A stretch of DNA of 64,000 nucleotides from NCBI GenBank assembly GCA_963847445.1, contig CAWJZV010000002.1, forward strand, positions 1-64,000, in the 5' to 3' direction. Positions 19,792-30,588 of this stretch are shown here, piece by piece; the stretch's first letter is position 1; every line of letters begins with the position of its first letter. Below the pieces are notes generated by a model, which worked only from the letters and a program-made list of their open reading frames with translations, was not told where the DNA came from and did no database searches. Both the position numbers and the translations under genes were made by a program. The DNA is from an uncultured delta proteobacterium (GTDB lineage Bacteria > Desulfobacterota > Binatia > UBA9968).

Positions 19792-20400
19792 CTAATGATC
19801 GAACGAGTACTTCGTCCGGCAGTCGATCTTGGCGCGCTTGCAGAAGAACTCTTTCACGTCGGGCTGGTGCATGAACCGGTCATAGTCGTAATTGGGCCCA
19901 TAGCTGGAGAATATCTCTTCACCCGCCGGGATATCCCGCAGTGCGTAGAATTCAAAGTACGGCGGCTGGCACAATCTGCGGATCGCCGAGTTCTGGAAAT
20001 GGGTGTCAATGCCGTTGATCTTGCTGGGCGCAAAGTTGATCCGGCTGACATTGGCGCCGTTATCCTTGGCGTCTAGGTAAACGTACGGATGGGCCTGCTT
20101 GTGCGCGCACTCCAACAGCGCGGCCATGTAATGATTGCCTTGAGGGTATTTGTCCGCCGGCAGCAATCGTCCACCCAATTCGCCGATCACCTCGCCCTTC
20201 TTGATCGGCACCAAAGCGTATAGGCCGTTGCCGCCGTTGGGAATCGCCGACGGCTTGATCACCGTGCGCTTGTCGAGCGCCCGGTTGATTTTTAGCAGCG
20301 GGAATTCCTTATTGGAACTCTCCGCCGACAACAAAAGCGAATGGGGCAACAGCCACTGGCCCATGACGGTTAAACCGAACAGCACTAAGAATTTAGCCAT
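19792..20400 (-). CDS. SET-domain protein with N-terminal signal/membrane segment (paralog 1)
   Basis: SAIPNGGNGLYA..IKKGEVIG, SRINFAP, ALRDIPAGEEIFSSYG. Confidence 0.8.
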   Translation of the reverse strand: MAKFLVLFGLTVMGQWLLPHSLLLSAESSNKEFPLLKINRALDKRTVIKPSAIPNGGNGLYALVPIKKGEVIGELGGRLLPADKYPQGNHYMAALLECAHKQAHPYVYLDAKDNGANVSRINFAPSKINGIDTHFQNSAIRRLCQPPYFEFYALRDIPAGEEIFSSYGPNYDYDRFMHQPDVKEFFCKRAKIDCRTKYSFDH

Positions 20401-20467
20401 AGTGAATCGATCCGCAACCGGCTCCTCTGTGCATTGAACTTTGTCGCAAAAAACCCGCTCGGCGCGG

Positions 20468-21265
20468 CTATTTGAGCTGGAAAATTCTTTTGACGTTGCC
20501 GGCCAAAATGTTGGCCTTGTCGGCGTCGCTAATCTTCGCGGCTTTGATCTCTTCCAAGGTCACGCAATGGTCGTAGCTCGCCGGATGGGAGTAAAACAGG
20601 CTGCCGAACACCATGCGCTCCGAGCCCACCGTTTCGACGAAGTTTTTCACATAACCCGGCCCGCGCACATGGGCGCTATCGAAAATAATATTCTTTGTTC
20701 GCTTGGCGATGTCCAGGGCCAACTGGCTATTGGTGTTGGTGGTCAACGCGTCCAACGAGATGAAGGTCAGATCGGGAAACTCCAGCGCCAGCCGTTCCAA
20801 GCGCCACACCGCTTCGAGATTGGATTCGGCGTTGGTGTGAATCAGCGGCACCAGACCGAGCTCTTGAACCTTTTTGAGCAGCGGCCGCATCAGCTGATGA
20901 TCCACGGCGACGCCTTGGAAGCGGCTATGCCAGACCACGCCGTCGAGAGCGAGCTCACGCTTCATCCGCTCCAACTCGCCCAGCGAGCGGGCGCCGTGGA
21001 GCGGCTCGACGATGCCGCAGGCGATCGGAAAACGTTTGGGGTCGCGTTGGCGATAGGCGGCGACGACATCGTTGGAGCGCATGGTGTCTTTGATGCCGTC
21101 CGCTTGGATATATCCCGTCGCCGCCAGAATCGCCGCGCCATTAACGCCATTGGCGTCCATGATGCGCACGCGATTGGCGTAGTCACGATCCTGCCAACCG
21201 TCGCCTTCCTGCAAGCTGCCGCCGTTGAGCGCGCCCAAGTGATGATGAATATCGATAACTTCCAT
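20468..21265 (-). CDS. Amidohydrolase_2 family protein
   Basis: IDIHHH, ERMVFGS, ANILAGNVKRIF. Confidence 0.85.
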   Translation of the reverse strand: MEVIDIHHHLGALNGGSLQEGDGWQDRDYANRVRIMDANGVNGAAILAATGYIQADGIKDTMRSNDVVAAYRQRDPKRFPIACGIVEPLHGARSLGELERMKRELALDGVVWHSRFQGVAVDHQLMRPLLKKVQELGLVPLIHTNAESNLEAVWRLERLALEFPDLTFISLDALTTNTNSQLALDIAKRTKNIIFDSAHVRGPGYVKNFVETVGSERMVFGSLFYSHPASYDHCVTLEEIKAAKISDADKANILAGNVKRIFQLK

Positions 21266-21282
21266 ATCGCCTCCTCAGCCAT

Positions 21283-21918
21283 TTAGGGCTCAAAACTATA
21301 GCTTTCCCGGCAGTCTATTTTCGCCTGGTTGCAGAAAAACTCTCTTACCGCCGGTTCATACATGAACTGATCGTAAGGATAATGCGGCCCGTAGCTCGCC
21401 CAGATCTCGGTCCCTACTTCAATATCGCGGAGCGCGACGAAGATCACGTAAGGATAATTGCACAGCTGGCGCAACCCGGCATTTTGCAGACCAGTCTCGA
21501 TGCCGTTGATGCTCTTCGGGGCGAAATTGATCCGGCTGACATGGGCGCCGAAATGTTTCGCATCGAGATACTTATACGGCTTGGTCTCCTCCCAGGCGCA
21601 TTCTGGGATGGACGCCAGATAATAATTGCCCGGCGGATAATCTTCATCCGTGCGCAGTTGGCCGCCGAGCATGCCGATGACATCGCCCTGCTTGATCGCC
21701 ACGGCGGCGTACAAGCCGTTACCGCCGCCGGGAATCAGCGAGGGTCTGATCGCCGTGCGCTTATCCAGCCCCTCGTCGATTTTGAGAACCGGCACCAGCC
21801 GGGGTGGCTTCTCTTCATCGGCTGCCGTGACGACGGCAAGCCAAAGACTCCAGGTCAAAAGCAGCGAGCCCAGGCTCGATAAAATTAATTTTATGTTTAT
21901 GGTCATCAAAATTTTCAC
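21283..21918 (-). CDS. SET-domain protein with N-terminal signal/membrane segment (paralog 2)
   Basis: SLIPGGGNGLYA, SRINFAP, ALRDIEVGTEIWASYG; closely similar to 19792..20400. Confidence 0.8.
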   Translation of the reverse strand: MKILMTINIKLILSSLGSLLLTWSLWLAVVTAADEEKPPRLVPVLKIDEGLDKRTAIRPSLIPGGGNGLYAAVAIKQGDVIGMLGGQLRTDEDYPPGNYYLASIPECAWEETKPYKYLDAKHFGAHVSRINFAPKSINGIETGLQNAGLRQLCNYPYVIFVALRDIEVGTEIWASYGPHYPYDQFMYEPAVREFFCNQAKIDCRESYSFEP

Positions 21919-22037
21919 TGTCTGAACACTCTACGAATCATGCCGCCACCACGATGTCAAATTATCCCGCGCTCTTGCGTTGACAGTGGCGCCAACGGCG
22001 CGCTAGAAGCGGTCAACAGCCGACGGAGGGAGCGCAC

Positions 22038-23112
22038 ATGCCGACTATAGATTCCGACGCCCATGTGGTCGAGAGCGAACGGACCTGGGACTATATGGAC
22101 AAAGCCGACCAGAAGTACCGGCCGGTGATCGTCAAGCCGCGCGGTAGCAGCAGCGCCGAGTATTGGTTCATCGATGGCAAAATTCGCGGCCTGGTACGCG
22201 TCATCATGACCGCCAAGGAAATGGACGACGTGGCTCAGCGCACCGGCCGGGTCATGGGCACGCCGCAGGAAACTCGCGAGATGGAAAATGTCCCGGCGCG
22301 GCTCAAGCATATGGACGAGCTCGGCATCGATGTCCAGGTGCTCTACCCGACCATGTTCATCGAGCAGATCACCGAGAAGCCGGTCTGGGAGGTCGCCATC
22401 TGCCGCGGCTACAACCGCTGGCTCGCCGATATTTACCGACAAGGCCAGGGGCGCTTGCGCTGGATCTGCGTCCTGCCGCTGCTCGACATGAGCGCGGCTG
22501 TGGCAAGAACTCAAGTTTTGCCAACAGCACGGCGCCGTCGGCGTTTTCATGCGCGGCATCGAAGGCAACCGCATGATCACCGACCCGTATTTCTATCCGC
22601 TCTACGATGCCATGAGCCAGCTCAACATGGCGGTCGGCGTGCACGTCGGCAATGGCAACCCGCACAACCTCGACATGGTGTCGCAGTACAACGGCGGCGG
22701 CAGCTTCTGGAAATTTCGCATCCCGGTGATCGGCGCGTTTCACTCGGTCATCATGGGCGAAATCCCCCAGCAGTTTCCCAAACTGCGTTTTCACTGGGCC
22801 GAGGCGGCAGCGAACTGGGTGCCCTACGTCGTCAAAGACTTACAGCGCCGCTGGGCGACGCAAAATAAAGATCTGCCCGATAATCCGCTCAAAGAGTACC
22901 GCCAGTATGTCTCCTGCCAGACCGACGACGACGTCGACTACGTGCTCCGATACTCCGGCGAAGACAATCTCACCATCGGCACCGACTACGGCCACAACGA
23001 CCAGTCCACCGAAGTCGAAGCGCTGCGCAACTTAAAGCAGACCGGCATGATCACCGACGGCCAATACGACAAGATCTGCTATGACAATCCCAAGGCGCTG
23101 TTTGCTCTGTAG
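22038..23112 (+). CDS. Amidohydrolase_2 family protein (one frameshift near 22505)
   Basis: IDSDAHVVE, MDELGIDVQVLYPT, GTDYGHND. Confidence 0.85.
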
Positions 23113-23199
23113 TTCCGGAGGATATCGATGATTCGAAGATTTCTTGCCAATGCAGGCAACCCCTGTGCTTTCACGTTGTGGTCTTTTCACACAGTGCAG

Positions 23200-23460
23200 A
23201 TCGCCAATCGGTTTTCGCCGGGTGCAGTCACCGCGTTGATGGCCCGGCTGATCGCGGGAAAATTAACCGTCAGCCTTGGGCAATCGACCATCGTCGTCGA
23301 TAAAAACGGCGGCGATGGCGCCATCGGCCTCAAAGCAGTGAAAGACTGTAACCGCCGGTGCTGATTCCGCTGATGCGCGAGAATATCGGCTTCGCGTTCC
23401 GCGACTTCATGCCAGTGAACTTGGCCGGCAACACCCCTTCAGCCTTGACGTCAATGCCGG
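23200..23460 (+). pseudogene. Decayed Bug/TctC gene fragment
   Basis: FSPGAVTALMARLIAGKLTVSLGQSTIVVDKNGGDGAIG followed by stops. Confidence 0.55.
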
Positions 23461-23883
23461 AGCGCCTGCAAAGCGTCCGAACGACGGGCTGCTGACTCCA
23501 AGAAAAAGCGCTGCACGATTATCTTGATTAAAAAGGGTACCGGGCATCGAGGCCAGCCCGTGGTTCGTCTGCTGGGTTCGAACGGGAACGCCGAGGGAGA
23601 ATTGTCAATAAACTGGCGGGGGCGATTCGCGATGCAGTTCAGGGAAAGATATCGCCGCCAAGATCGGAAAAAACAGTGTTGAGATCGAATCGCGGTCTGG
23701 AGGAACCTGCCAAGATTTTAGCGACTATTCAATCAGAGGTGGACTGACGTCGCGAAGAACGCGAAAGATTGTCGCGCAATGATTACTGACGACTGCTGGT
23801 AGTTACGGATGCTGCAGATTTCGCGGACCGGGGTATCGACCCGCGGGCATGGCGGCGTGAGGCGGCGGCCGAGATCAAACCGC

Positions 23884-24078
23884 CTAATCAGCTTTTATCT
23901 TATCAGCCGGGTCGGTTTGTGGTGATGCATCTGTGGCTGATCGTTGGGAAACAACCATGGGGCGGCGTCGACGCTGATTCTCCTCCGCCTTCAACGCGTT
24001 CAAGCGTTGACGAAACCAGGTCTTGTCCGGCCACTGCCAGTTTTGCCCGTCGTTTAAGATAGTGCTTGGCTGTTTCAT
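23884..24078 (-). CDS. Small hypothetical protein
   Basis: MKQPSTILNDGQNWQWPDKTWFRQRL; AGGA upstream. Confidence 0.4.
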   Translation of the reverse strand: MKQPSTILNDGQNWQWPDKTWFRQRLNALKAEENQRRRRPMVVSQRSATDASPQTDPADKIKAD

Positions 24079-24284
24079 GGCAATCCTGTTCATATTGCTG
24101 AGCAATCGATAGACCAGCCGTAAGCGACTACTTCTGAAGGAATTTCGAGAGCGCTGATACCTGTAGTGTGACGAGTCTTCCCTGATGGCTGTGCGAAAAT
24201 GGCGTTTGCTTCCCCGGCCAATTTACAATTCTGCGCAAGTCTCCTCGGTTACTTAGGTCCCGGGGAATGGGTTAAGCACGACGA

Positions 24285-25478
24285 TTAATCTTGCATGGAG
24301 CCAAGCTTGACCCGTTGGCCGCCGCGCAATTGCTTGAGCGGATAATGGGTGCCACGCCAATCGATGCCATTATGGGCAAGACACTTCCAGGCGGCGTGAG
24401 CCATCATGGCCCCGATCATCCAGAGTCCCACCGGCGCAAGCATTAGACTCAACCGGCTGCGCCAGCCTTCAGTCGTGACCGCTAAGCTAAACGCCCAATG
24501 AAGCGCCAGCGCGGTCAGGCCGGTATTGAGCAATAGCCGATGCTTATCGGTTAGACCGAGAAACAGCGCCACGACCGGGGCGGCCGCCATGATATACATC
24601 CCGATCACCTGCACCAGCGTCACCCACCAGCGATAATTGGCGGTCGCGCCGAACAGATTTTTCTCGAGCCCTTTGAACATCGCCGACACCGAGGCGTACC
24701 ACATCACGGTTAGATGTTTTTGCGCGAAGGCAAAAAACGATCGCCCGCCGGCACCCTTGATCATCAATCCCAAGCCGACATCATCGCAGGGTTCGAGACG
24801 CAGCCATGAAAAACCCGGCGTGCGCTGAAATGCCGCGCGGCGGATGAGATTGAAGGCACCGACACCGGCAATGCCGCGACTGCCGGGCCGATTGAGACCA
24901 GCGGCGCGGGTGCCGATCAGAAACAGCAACATAAAGGTTTGCACGACGATATCGAGCAGGAAACTCGGCTGCAGCGACAGCGGCGCCAGCGCCAAATGAT
25001 CGAGTTGCCGCTCGGCCGCCCAGCCCACGGCCCGGCGCAGCGTGCCGTCGGCAAAATGGACATCGGCGTCGGTAAAAAGCAGCCAATCGCCGCTGGCAAT
25101 CTCGACGCCGCGCTCGAGCGCATGTACTTTACCCAACCAGCCGTCCGGCAAAGCCTGCACGTGCAAGGGGTGAATCCGCCGGTCGCGTGCCGCCAACCGA
25201 TCGATGATTGCACCCGTCCCGTCCGTGGAACGGTCGTCGACCAGGATGAGTTCGAAGTTGGGATAGTCTTGCCGGAGTAACGTCTCGACCGCGCTCTCGA
25301 TATTGGCGGCCTCGTTACAGGCCGGGATGATGACGCTGAGCGCTGGCCACTCTTGCGGTGGGTGAAATTGCAAGCGGTGAAATTGCGCTATGCGCAACGT
25401 CGCCCAGAATAAGTATGCCAAGCCGCAAATCCACAGGACGCATGACGCGAGCAAGGCAAATTCCCACAATGACGGCAT
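24285..25478 (-). CDS. Family 2 glycosyltransferase, membrane-bound (HpnB/CrtQ-like)
   Basis: SVIIPACNE, DDRSTDGT, GWLGK, FTDAD, DDVGLG, WRG. Confidence 0.85.
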   Translation of the reverse strand: MPSLWEFALLASCVLWICGLAYLFWATLRIAQFHRLQFHPPQEWPALSVIIPACNEAANIESAVETLLRQDYPNFELILVDDRSTDGTGAIIDRLAARDRRIHPLHVQALPDGWLGKVHALERGVEIASGDWLLFTDADVHFADGTLRRAVGWAAERQLDHLALAPLSLQPSFLLDIVVQTFMLLFLIGTRAAGLNRPGSRGIAGVGAFNLIRRAAFQRTPGFSWLRLEPCDDVGLGLMIKGAGGRSFFAFAQKHLTVMWYASVSAMFKGLEKNLFGATANYRWWVTLVQVIGMYIMAAAPVVALFLGLTDKHRLLLNTGLTALALHWAFSLAVTTEGWRSRLSLMLAPVGLWMIGAMMAHAAWKCLAHNGIDWRGTHYPLKQLRGGQRVKLGSMQD

Positions 25479-25558
25479 AAATCGACGGACCGGTTAAATC
25501 TAGCTTGCGGACTTAGGCGAACTGGCGCCAGTTGAGAAAATCTTTCTGAGCGTGAAGT

Positions 25559-26140
25559 TCATCGATATCGATCGGCAAACTCGACATGCCGACGTCGGAG
25601 ATATTCGGCGATGGGCCGCAGCGGCATGCCCACCGCGGCGAGGAAGTCGCCGTCAATCCTTGCGATAAGCTTACTCCCCTCTCCCTGGATCGAATAAGCG
25701 CCGGCTTTGTCCATCGATTCGTCGCAGGTTAGATAGCGATTGATAGCGTTGTCATCGTAAGGGCGCATGTCGACCGACACCCTAGCCGTCATTTGCAGAC
25801 CGTCGCCGCCGCCGTCGATAATCGCCACGCTGGTGTAAATCAGATGGGTCCGGCCGGATAACGAGCGCAAGATCCGCTTGGCATCAGCCAGATCCAGCGG
25901 CTTGCCGATCTTGGCGCCATCGAGAAAAATCATCGTATCGCTGCCGATGACGATGGCCTCGGGATGATGGATGGCGACGGAGCGCGCCTTGCCGACGGCA
26001 AAGTCGAGTACTTCATCCTCAATGCTTAGGTGCGCAGAGACCGTCTCGTCGAACTCGGGGGCGATGGCGTCGAACGGTAGCCCCAACAACGCCAGAATCT
26101 CCCGGCGCCGGGGCGAAGTGGAAGCGAGAATCAAGCGCAT
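25559..26140 (-). CDS. maf: Maf family nucleoside triphosphate pyrophosphatase
   Basis: ILASTSPRRREIL, IGSDT, GKP, DKAGAYSIQG. Confidence 0.92.
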   Translation of the reverse strand: MRLILASTSPRRREILALLGLPFDAIAPEFDETVSAHLSIEDEVLDFAVGKARSVAIHHPEAIVIGSDTMIFLDGAKIGKPLDLADAKRILRSLSGRTHLIYTSVAIIDGGGDGLQMTARVSVDMRPYDDNAINRYLTCDESMDKAGAYSIQGEGSKLIARIDGDFLAAVGMPLRPIAEYLRRRHVEFADRYR

Positions 26141-26158
26141 GAATTCTCAGCCGGGAGA

Positions 26159-27313
26159 CTACAACTCAAACGATGGCGCTGGCGCCGATTCCCGCGCGCC
26201 AACCGGCTGCGCAGCGCGCCAAGCCTGGTAATCGCGCAGACATTGGATCACGTCCGCGGTGCCGTTGACCCGCACCATTTTGGTGCGCAACTCGGCGGCG
26301 CCGCGAAAATCACGACAGTACCAGATCAAGTGCTTGCGCATGCCGACGAAGTTTCGCTCCTGAACGTAGGTCTCGAAGTGGCGCGAGTGTTCGACGATGA
26401 CGTTAAAGCGCTCGGCCATGCTGACCGGCTCGCCGGACAGCGGCGGGACCGAATCGCCTAATGCTTGCTTTAGCCTCTCCTTGGCTTTGAAGATCCACGG
26501 GTTGCCTTCTGCGGCGCGACCGAGCAAAACCCCATCGACGCCGCACTGGCGAACTCTTTTATATACATCGCCCATGTCGCGCAGGTCGCCATTGCCCAAA
26601 ATGAGCGTCCCCGTCGGCCTGGCGATTTCGACGGCGCGGGCGATGGCGTCCCAATCGGCATCGCCTTTATAGCCCTGTTTGAGGGTGCGGCCATGGATGG
26701 AGATCGCGACGGGCTTCTCTTCAAGCAAATTGGCGATCCAGTCCTCGATGACGATCTGGTCGTAGCCGATGCGGGTCTTCACCGACAGCGGTATCGACCG
26801 GCGCACCGGCGGGGTCGCCCAACCGCTGCGCTGGAGATTCGCCGCCACAACGGTTTCACGAAGTTTCTGACGAAGACCCAACTGGTCGAGACTCTGGCCC
26901 GCCACCCAATCATCAATGCCGCGGCGGGTTTCGCGGACGATCTGGCGCGCCAATTCCGGCGTCCGAATCAACGCTGCGCCGCTGCCCGAGGCGGCGACGT
27001 TCTTCGCCGGACAACCCATGTTGATATCCAGGCCGTCGAATCCCAACTCGCAGACCACATGGGCGGCTTTATAAAACAATTCCGGCGTATGGCCGTAAAT
27101 CTGCGCGACGATCGGCCGCTCGCTTTCCGAATAGGTAAAATCGCGGATCAACGTCTGCGGCGCATGAATCGCCGCATCGACATTGGTAAACTCGGTGACC
27201 GTGATATCCGGCCCGCCATGTTTAGCCGCGATCCAGCGAAACGACGCATCGGTGACCCCGTCCATGGGCGACAGGCCGACGATCGGCTTGGGTATGTCTT
27301 GCCAAAAGCTCAT
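26159..27313 (-). CDS. dus: tRNA-dihydrouridine synthase
   Basis: SPMDGVTD, DINMGCP, SVKTRIG, IHGRT, GNGD. Confidence 0.92.
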   Translation of the reverse strand: MSFWQDIPKPIVGLSPMDGVTDASFRWIAAKHGGPDITVTEFTNVDAAIHAPQTLIRDFTYSESERPIVAQIYGHTPELFYKAAHVVCELGFDGLDINMGCPAKNVAASGSGAALIRTPELARQIVRETRRGIDDWVAGQSLDQLGLRQKLRETVVAANLQRSGWATPPVRRSIPLSVKTRIGYDQIVIEDWIANLLEEKPVAISIHGRTLKQGYKGDADWDAIARAVEIARPTGTLILGNGDLRDMGDVYKRVRQCGVDGVLLGRAAEGNPWIFKAKERLKQALGDSVPPLSGEPVSMAERFNVIVEHSRHFETYVQERNFVGMRKHLIWYCRDFRGAAELRTKMVRVNGTADVIQCLRDYQAWRAAQPVGARESAPAPSFEL

Positions 27314-27400
27314 GATTAATAATTCAAGCTAGTTTGCCATTGGCGCAATGCAAAATCCATCACTCCACTGCGAACCAGGAACGGAAGGCAATAAAGAAGA

Positions 27401-27735
27401 TTGGCCGCAAAGAGCTTAGCGCAGCAGAGCCGCAACCAAATGGGAAAGAGTTTTCACCACGAAGTGAATCATGATCTTACGCACGCCCACGGAAAATGAA
27501 AATGGCGAAACCCGTAGGATGCGGTGAGTCCGCGAACCGCATCGAGGGAGTGCGGCTTACCAACGATGCGGTTCCCCTTGGTCACCGCATCCTACAAATC
27601 GATGCCCGATATTTTCGAAGGAGCTCACGAGGGACACGAAGGGTTCGGAAAATTAATACTCCGAACTTCGTGCTCTTCGTGTCCTTCGTGGTGAGATTGG
27701 ATTTCTTCATTGGGCGGGTTTGAAACCCGCCCTCT
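27401..27735. repeat. Nested mosaic of several short repeat families
   Basis: GGCCGCAAAG / CTTAGCGCAGCAGAGCCGCAACC / CACCACGAAG..CTTCGTGGTG interrupted by a GTAG REP doublet (27514-27595) / GGGCGGGTTTGAAACCCGCCC. Confidence 0.7.
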
Positions 27736-27806
27736 AGGAGGTGGCGCATCGGAGAATGTGCGTCAACGCTGACAAACGGATCCGACGCGAACGCTTGTTG
27801 GCAAGG

Positions 27807-28091
27807 CTACTGGCGCTGCTTTAAAACATCTTCGAGTTTCTTGCGGTCGGCGTCGAGAATCTTTTCCTGGGAACGTTTGGCTGGCGCCGGCTCTTTTTCA
27901 GGTTTCTCCAGCTGGCGAGTTGTCCGCACTGTGTCGCGCTCTGTCGCTTTATCCGCGGAGAATAGCGCCGTGATACTGTCCCAGTACAGCCAGGCGGCGA
28001 AAGCTAGAGACCAGACGAAGGGTGGAAAGAAAATATAGATTAGAGCTGTCGTGAGCCAGCCGGATTTCTTTACCTTCTTTCTCTGGGCCAT
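27807..28091 (-). CDS. Small single-pass membrane protein
   Basis: MAQRKKVKKSGWLTTALIYIFFPPFVWSLAFAAWLYW; basic N-terminus, TM, charged tail. Confidence 0.65.
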   Translation of the reverse strand: MAQRKKVKKSGWLTTALIYIFFPPFVWSLAFAAWLYWDSITALFSADKATERDTVRTTRQLEKPEKEPAPAKRSQEKILDADRKKLEDVLKQRQ

Positions 28092-28105
28092 GTTCTTAGT
28101 CTGAC

Positions 28106-28183
28106 GTAGGATGGGTTGAGCCTTGCGATACCCATCATTTCTCGACGGTGGGTATCGGCGTCCAACGCCTCCACCCACCCGAC
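28106..28183. repeat. GTAG-type REP doublet
   Basis: GTAGGATGGGT..ACCCATC ... GGTGGGT..ACCCACCCGAC; related doublets at 27514-27595 and 61463-61524. Confidence 0.7.
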
Positions 28184-28224
28184 AATCCTGCTCTGCGCCA
28201 TGATTTTAGATCGCGAGCGCTCTG

Positions 28225-29175
28225 CTAATAGACCGGCTTATGCTCGAAATAATGAGCGGCATCGATGACCCGAATGGTCTTGGTCTTCGAACGCATAACC
28301 ACCGATTGCGTGGTCGCGCCGCCGGGGAAAAAGTGCACGCCGCGCAGATAATCGCCGTCGGTAACGCCGGTGGCGGCGAACATGACATCGCCGGCGGCCA
28401 GTTCGGTAATCGAGAATTTTTTCTTGATATCGCTCACGCCCATTTTCTTGGCGCGCTCGATCTCTTCGTTGTTGCGCGGCGCCAGGCGTCCTTGAAATTC
28501 GCCGCCGACACAACGCAGCGCCGCCGCGGCCAAGACCCCTTCCGGCGCGCCGCCGATACCGAGAAGCAAATCGATGCCGGTCTCCGCCTTGGTGGTGGCG
28601 ATCGCCGCCGCGACGTCGCCGTCGCCGATCAGGCGAATGCGCGCGCCGGCCTTGCGCACTTCTTGAATGATCGCGTCATGGCGCGGCCGCGATAGAATGA
28701 TAACGGTTAGATCTTCGACCTTGCACTTCTTCGCTTCCGCCAGGGCATGGAGATTTTCCGTTGGCGTTTTGTCGATATCGACGACGCCTTTGCCGACCGG
28801 ACCGCAGGCGATCTTCTGCATGTAGGTGTCGGGACAGTGAAGTAAGTTGCCGCCGTCGCCCATGGCGAGCACCGCGAGCGCGTTGGGGCCGCCGGTGGCG
28901 CAGATGGTCGTGCCTTCCAGAGGGTCGAGGGCGATATCGACTTTAGGGCCGCCGGAGCCGACCTTTTCGCCGATATAGAGCATCGGCGCTTCGTCCCGTT
29001 CGCCCTCGCCAATGACAATCGTGCCATCGATACCCAACCCATCGAAGGCCTTGCGCATGGCATCCACCGCCGCCTGGTCGGCGGCCTTCTCATCGCCGCG
29101 CCCGGTCAAGCGGGCACAATTGAGCGCCGCCGCTTCGGTCACACGCACTGCTTCCAGAGCTAAATTTCTGTCCAT
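28225..29175 (-). CDS. glpX: Fructose-1,6-bisphosphatase class II
   Basis: VRVTEAAA, IGEGERDEAPML, DPLEGT, DGDV, GGAPEGV. Confidence 0.95.
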   Translation of the reverse strand: MDRNLALEAVRVTEAAALNCARLTGRGDEKAADQAAVDAMRKAFDGLGIDGTIVIGEGERDEAPMLYIGEKVGSGGPKVDIALDPLEGTTICATGGPNALAVLAMGDGGNLLHCPDTYMQKIACGPVGKGVVDIDKTPTENLHALAEAKKCKVEDLTVIILSRPRHDAIIQEVRKAGARIRLIGDGDVAAAIATTKAETGIDLLLGIGGAPEGVLAAAALRCVGGEFQGRLAPRNNEEIERAKKMGVSDIKKKFSITELAAGDVMFAATGVTDGDYLRGVHFFPGGATTQSVVMRSKTKTIRVIDAAHYFEHKPVY

Positions 29176-30381
29176 GTCGGTCTCCCTTCAATCAGCGACT
29201 CCATGAGCCGGTAAGCTTGTTCGGCCACCACGCCAGTCTTGAGTGCATCTTTTTCGTTGTAACCCACCGGGCCGTTATCTCGCGTCTCTTGAGGCGAATA
29301 CAACACGAAGGGCACCGGTTCGGAAACATGGGTCTTGAGCGCGCAGGCGGTCGGATGGTCGGGCATGAGTAGAATGCGATAGTCCTGGCGCTGCGCCATG
29401 CCTTTCAACACCGTGCCGACGACCTTTTCGTCAAAATCCTCCAGCGCCTGAATCTTCGCTTTCCAGTCGCCCATATGGCCGGCCTCGTCGGTGGCCTCGA
29501 CATGGATGAACACCAAGTCGTTTTTCTCCAGCGAGCGCACGCCATACTCGCCCTTGCCGATATAATTAGTATCGAGAAAGCCGGTAATTCCCGGCACATC
29601 GATGCGCTCCAAGCCCGGCGTAGACGCCCAAGCCATGAATAATATCGACAGCTGAAATCACGCCGCCGGTGATGCCGAAACGTTCGGTCAGCGGCGGCAA
29701 CTGCGGCGCCCGCCCCTGACCCCAGAGCCAGATGGTCGTCGCTTGGCGCTGGCCTGAGGCCTTGCGCTTTAAGTTTATCGGATGCTGCGCCAATAAAGTT
29801 TGCGACGCCGCCATCAACTTGAGCAAACATTCGGCGCCCTCGCCCTTGGGCAGATAATCGGCGGTTTTTTGATCGGTGATGTCATGGGGCGGCGTGGTTG
29901 CCATTTTCTCCATGCCGTCGCGCCAAACCATCAGATGGCGATAACTGACGCCGGGAAAAAACTCGATGCCAGCGCCGCCAAGTTCGCGCTCCAGGTCGCG
30001 GATAATTTCCGCGGCTTCATCAGTGGAGATATGGCCGGAAGTAAAATCTTCCATGGTCGCCTCAGCGCCACTGCCCGCGACGGTGACCAGATTGCAACGA
30101 AAGGCGATATCTTTGGGCCCCAGCGCCACACCCATGCTGGCGGCCTCCAAGGGCGAGCGGCCGGTGTGATAGACCGCCGGGTCGTAACCCATGATGCTCA
30201 TGTTGCCGACATCGCTGCCGGGGGGAAAACCTTTAGGAATGACATGGGCGATGCCGTAGACGCCATGCCGCGCCAGCCAGTCCATGTTGGGCGTGCGCGC
30301 CGCTTGCAAGGGCGTCTTGTTGCCCAGCGCTTCGATCGGATAGTCGGCCATGCCGTCGCCTTGAAGTATGATGTATTTCAC
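29160..30381 (-). CDS. apgM: Cofactor-independent phosphoglycerate mutase, ApgM type (frameshift near 29610)
   Basis: GDGMAD, PGSDVGN, GRSPLEA, HVEATDEAGH, PDHPT. Confidence 0.9.
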
Positions 30382-30413
30382 CTTAATCCACCTTATGTCT
30401 TCGCCGCCGTCGC

Positions 30414-30585
30414 AAAATCAAAATCCGAATATCAAAATCCAAAACAAACTAATCCCAATAAATTCAAACAGAAAGTCCAAAACATCGATTCCGATCCCTT
30501 TTTGTTTGAACATCTCTTCATTTTGTTATTATCCATTGGATTTGTTTCGGTCGCGGGGCCGCTTTCGACGTGCTGCGGATTCAGC
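30414..30585. repeat. Low-complexity AAATCCG/AAATCAA heptamer repeat with inverted partner
   Basis: AAATCAAAATCCGAATATCAAAATCCAAAACAAA ... TTGGATTTGTTTCG..CGGATT; similar TTTTGGA units at 58777-58834. Confidence 0.6.
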
Positions 30586-30588
30586 TTC

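Noticed and set aside
23480-23880. Possible tRNA or ncRNA (GGTTCG motifs) in a long intergenic stretch
   Set aside because: No cloverleaf or recognisable RNA family could be built by eye.
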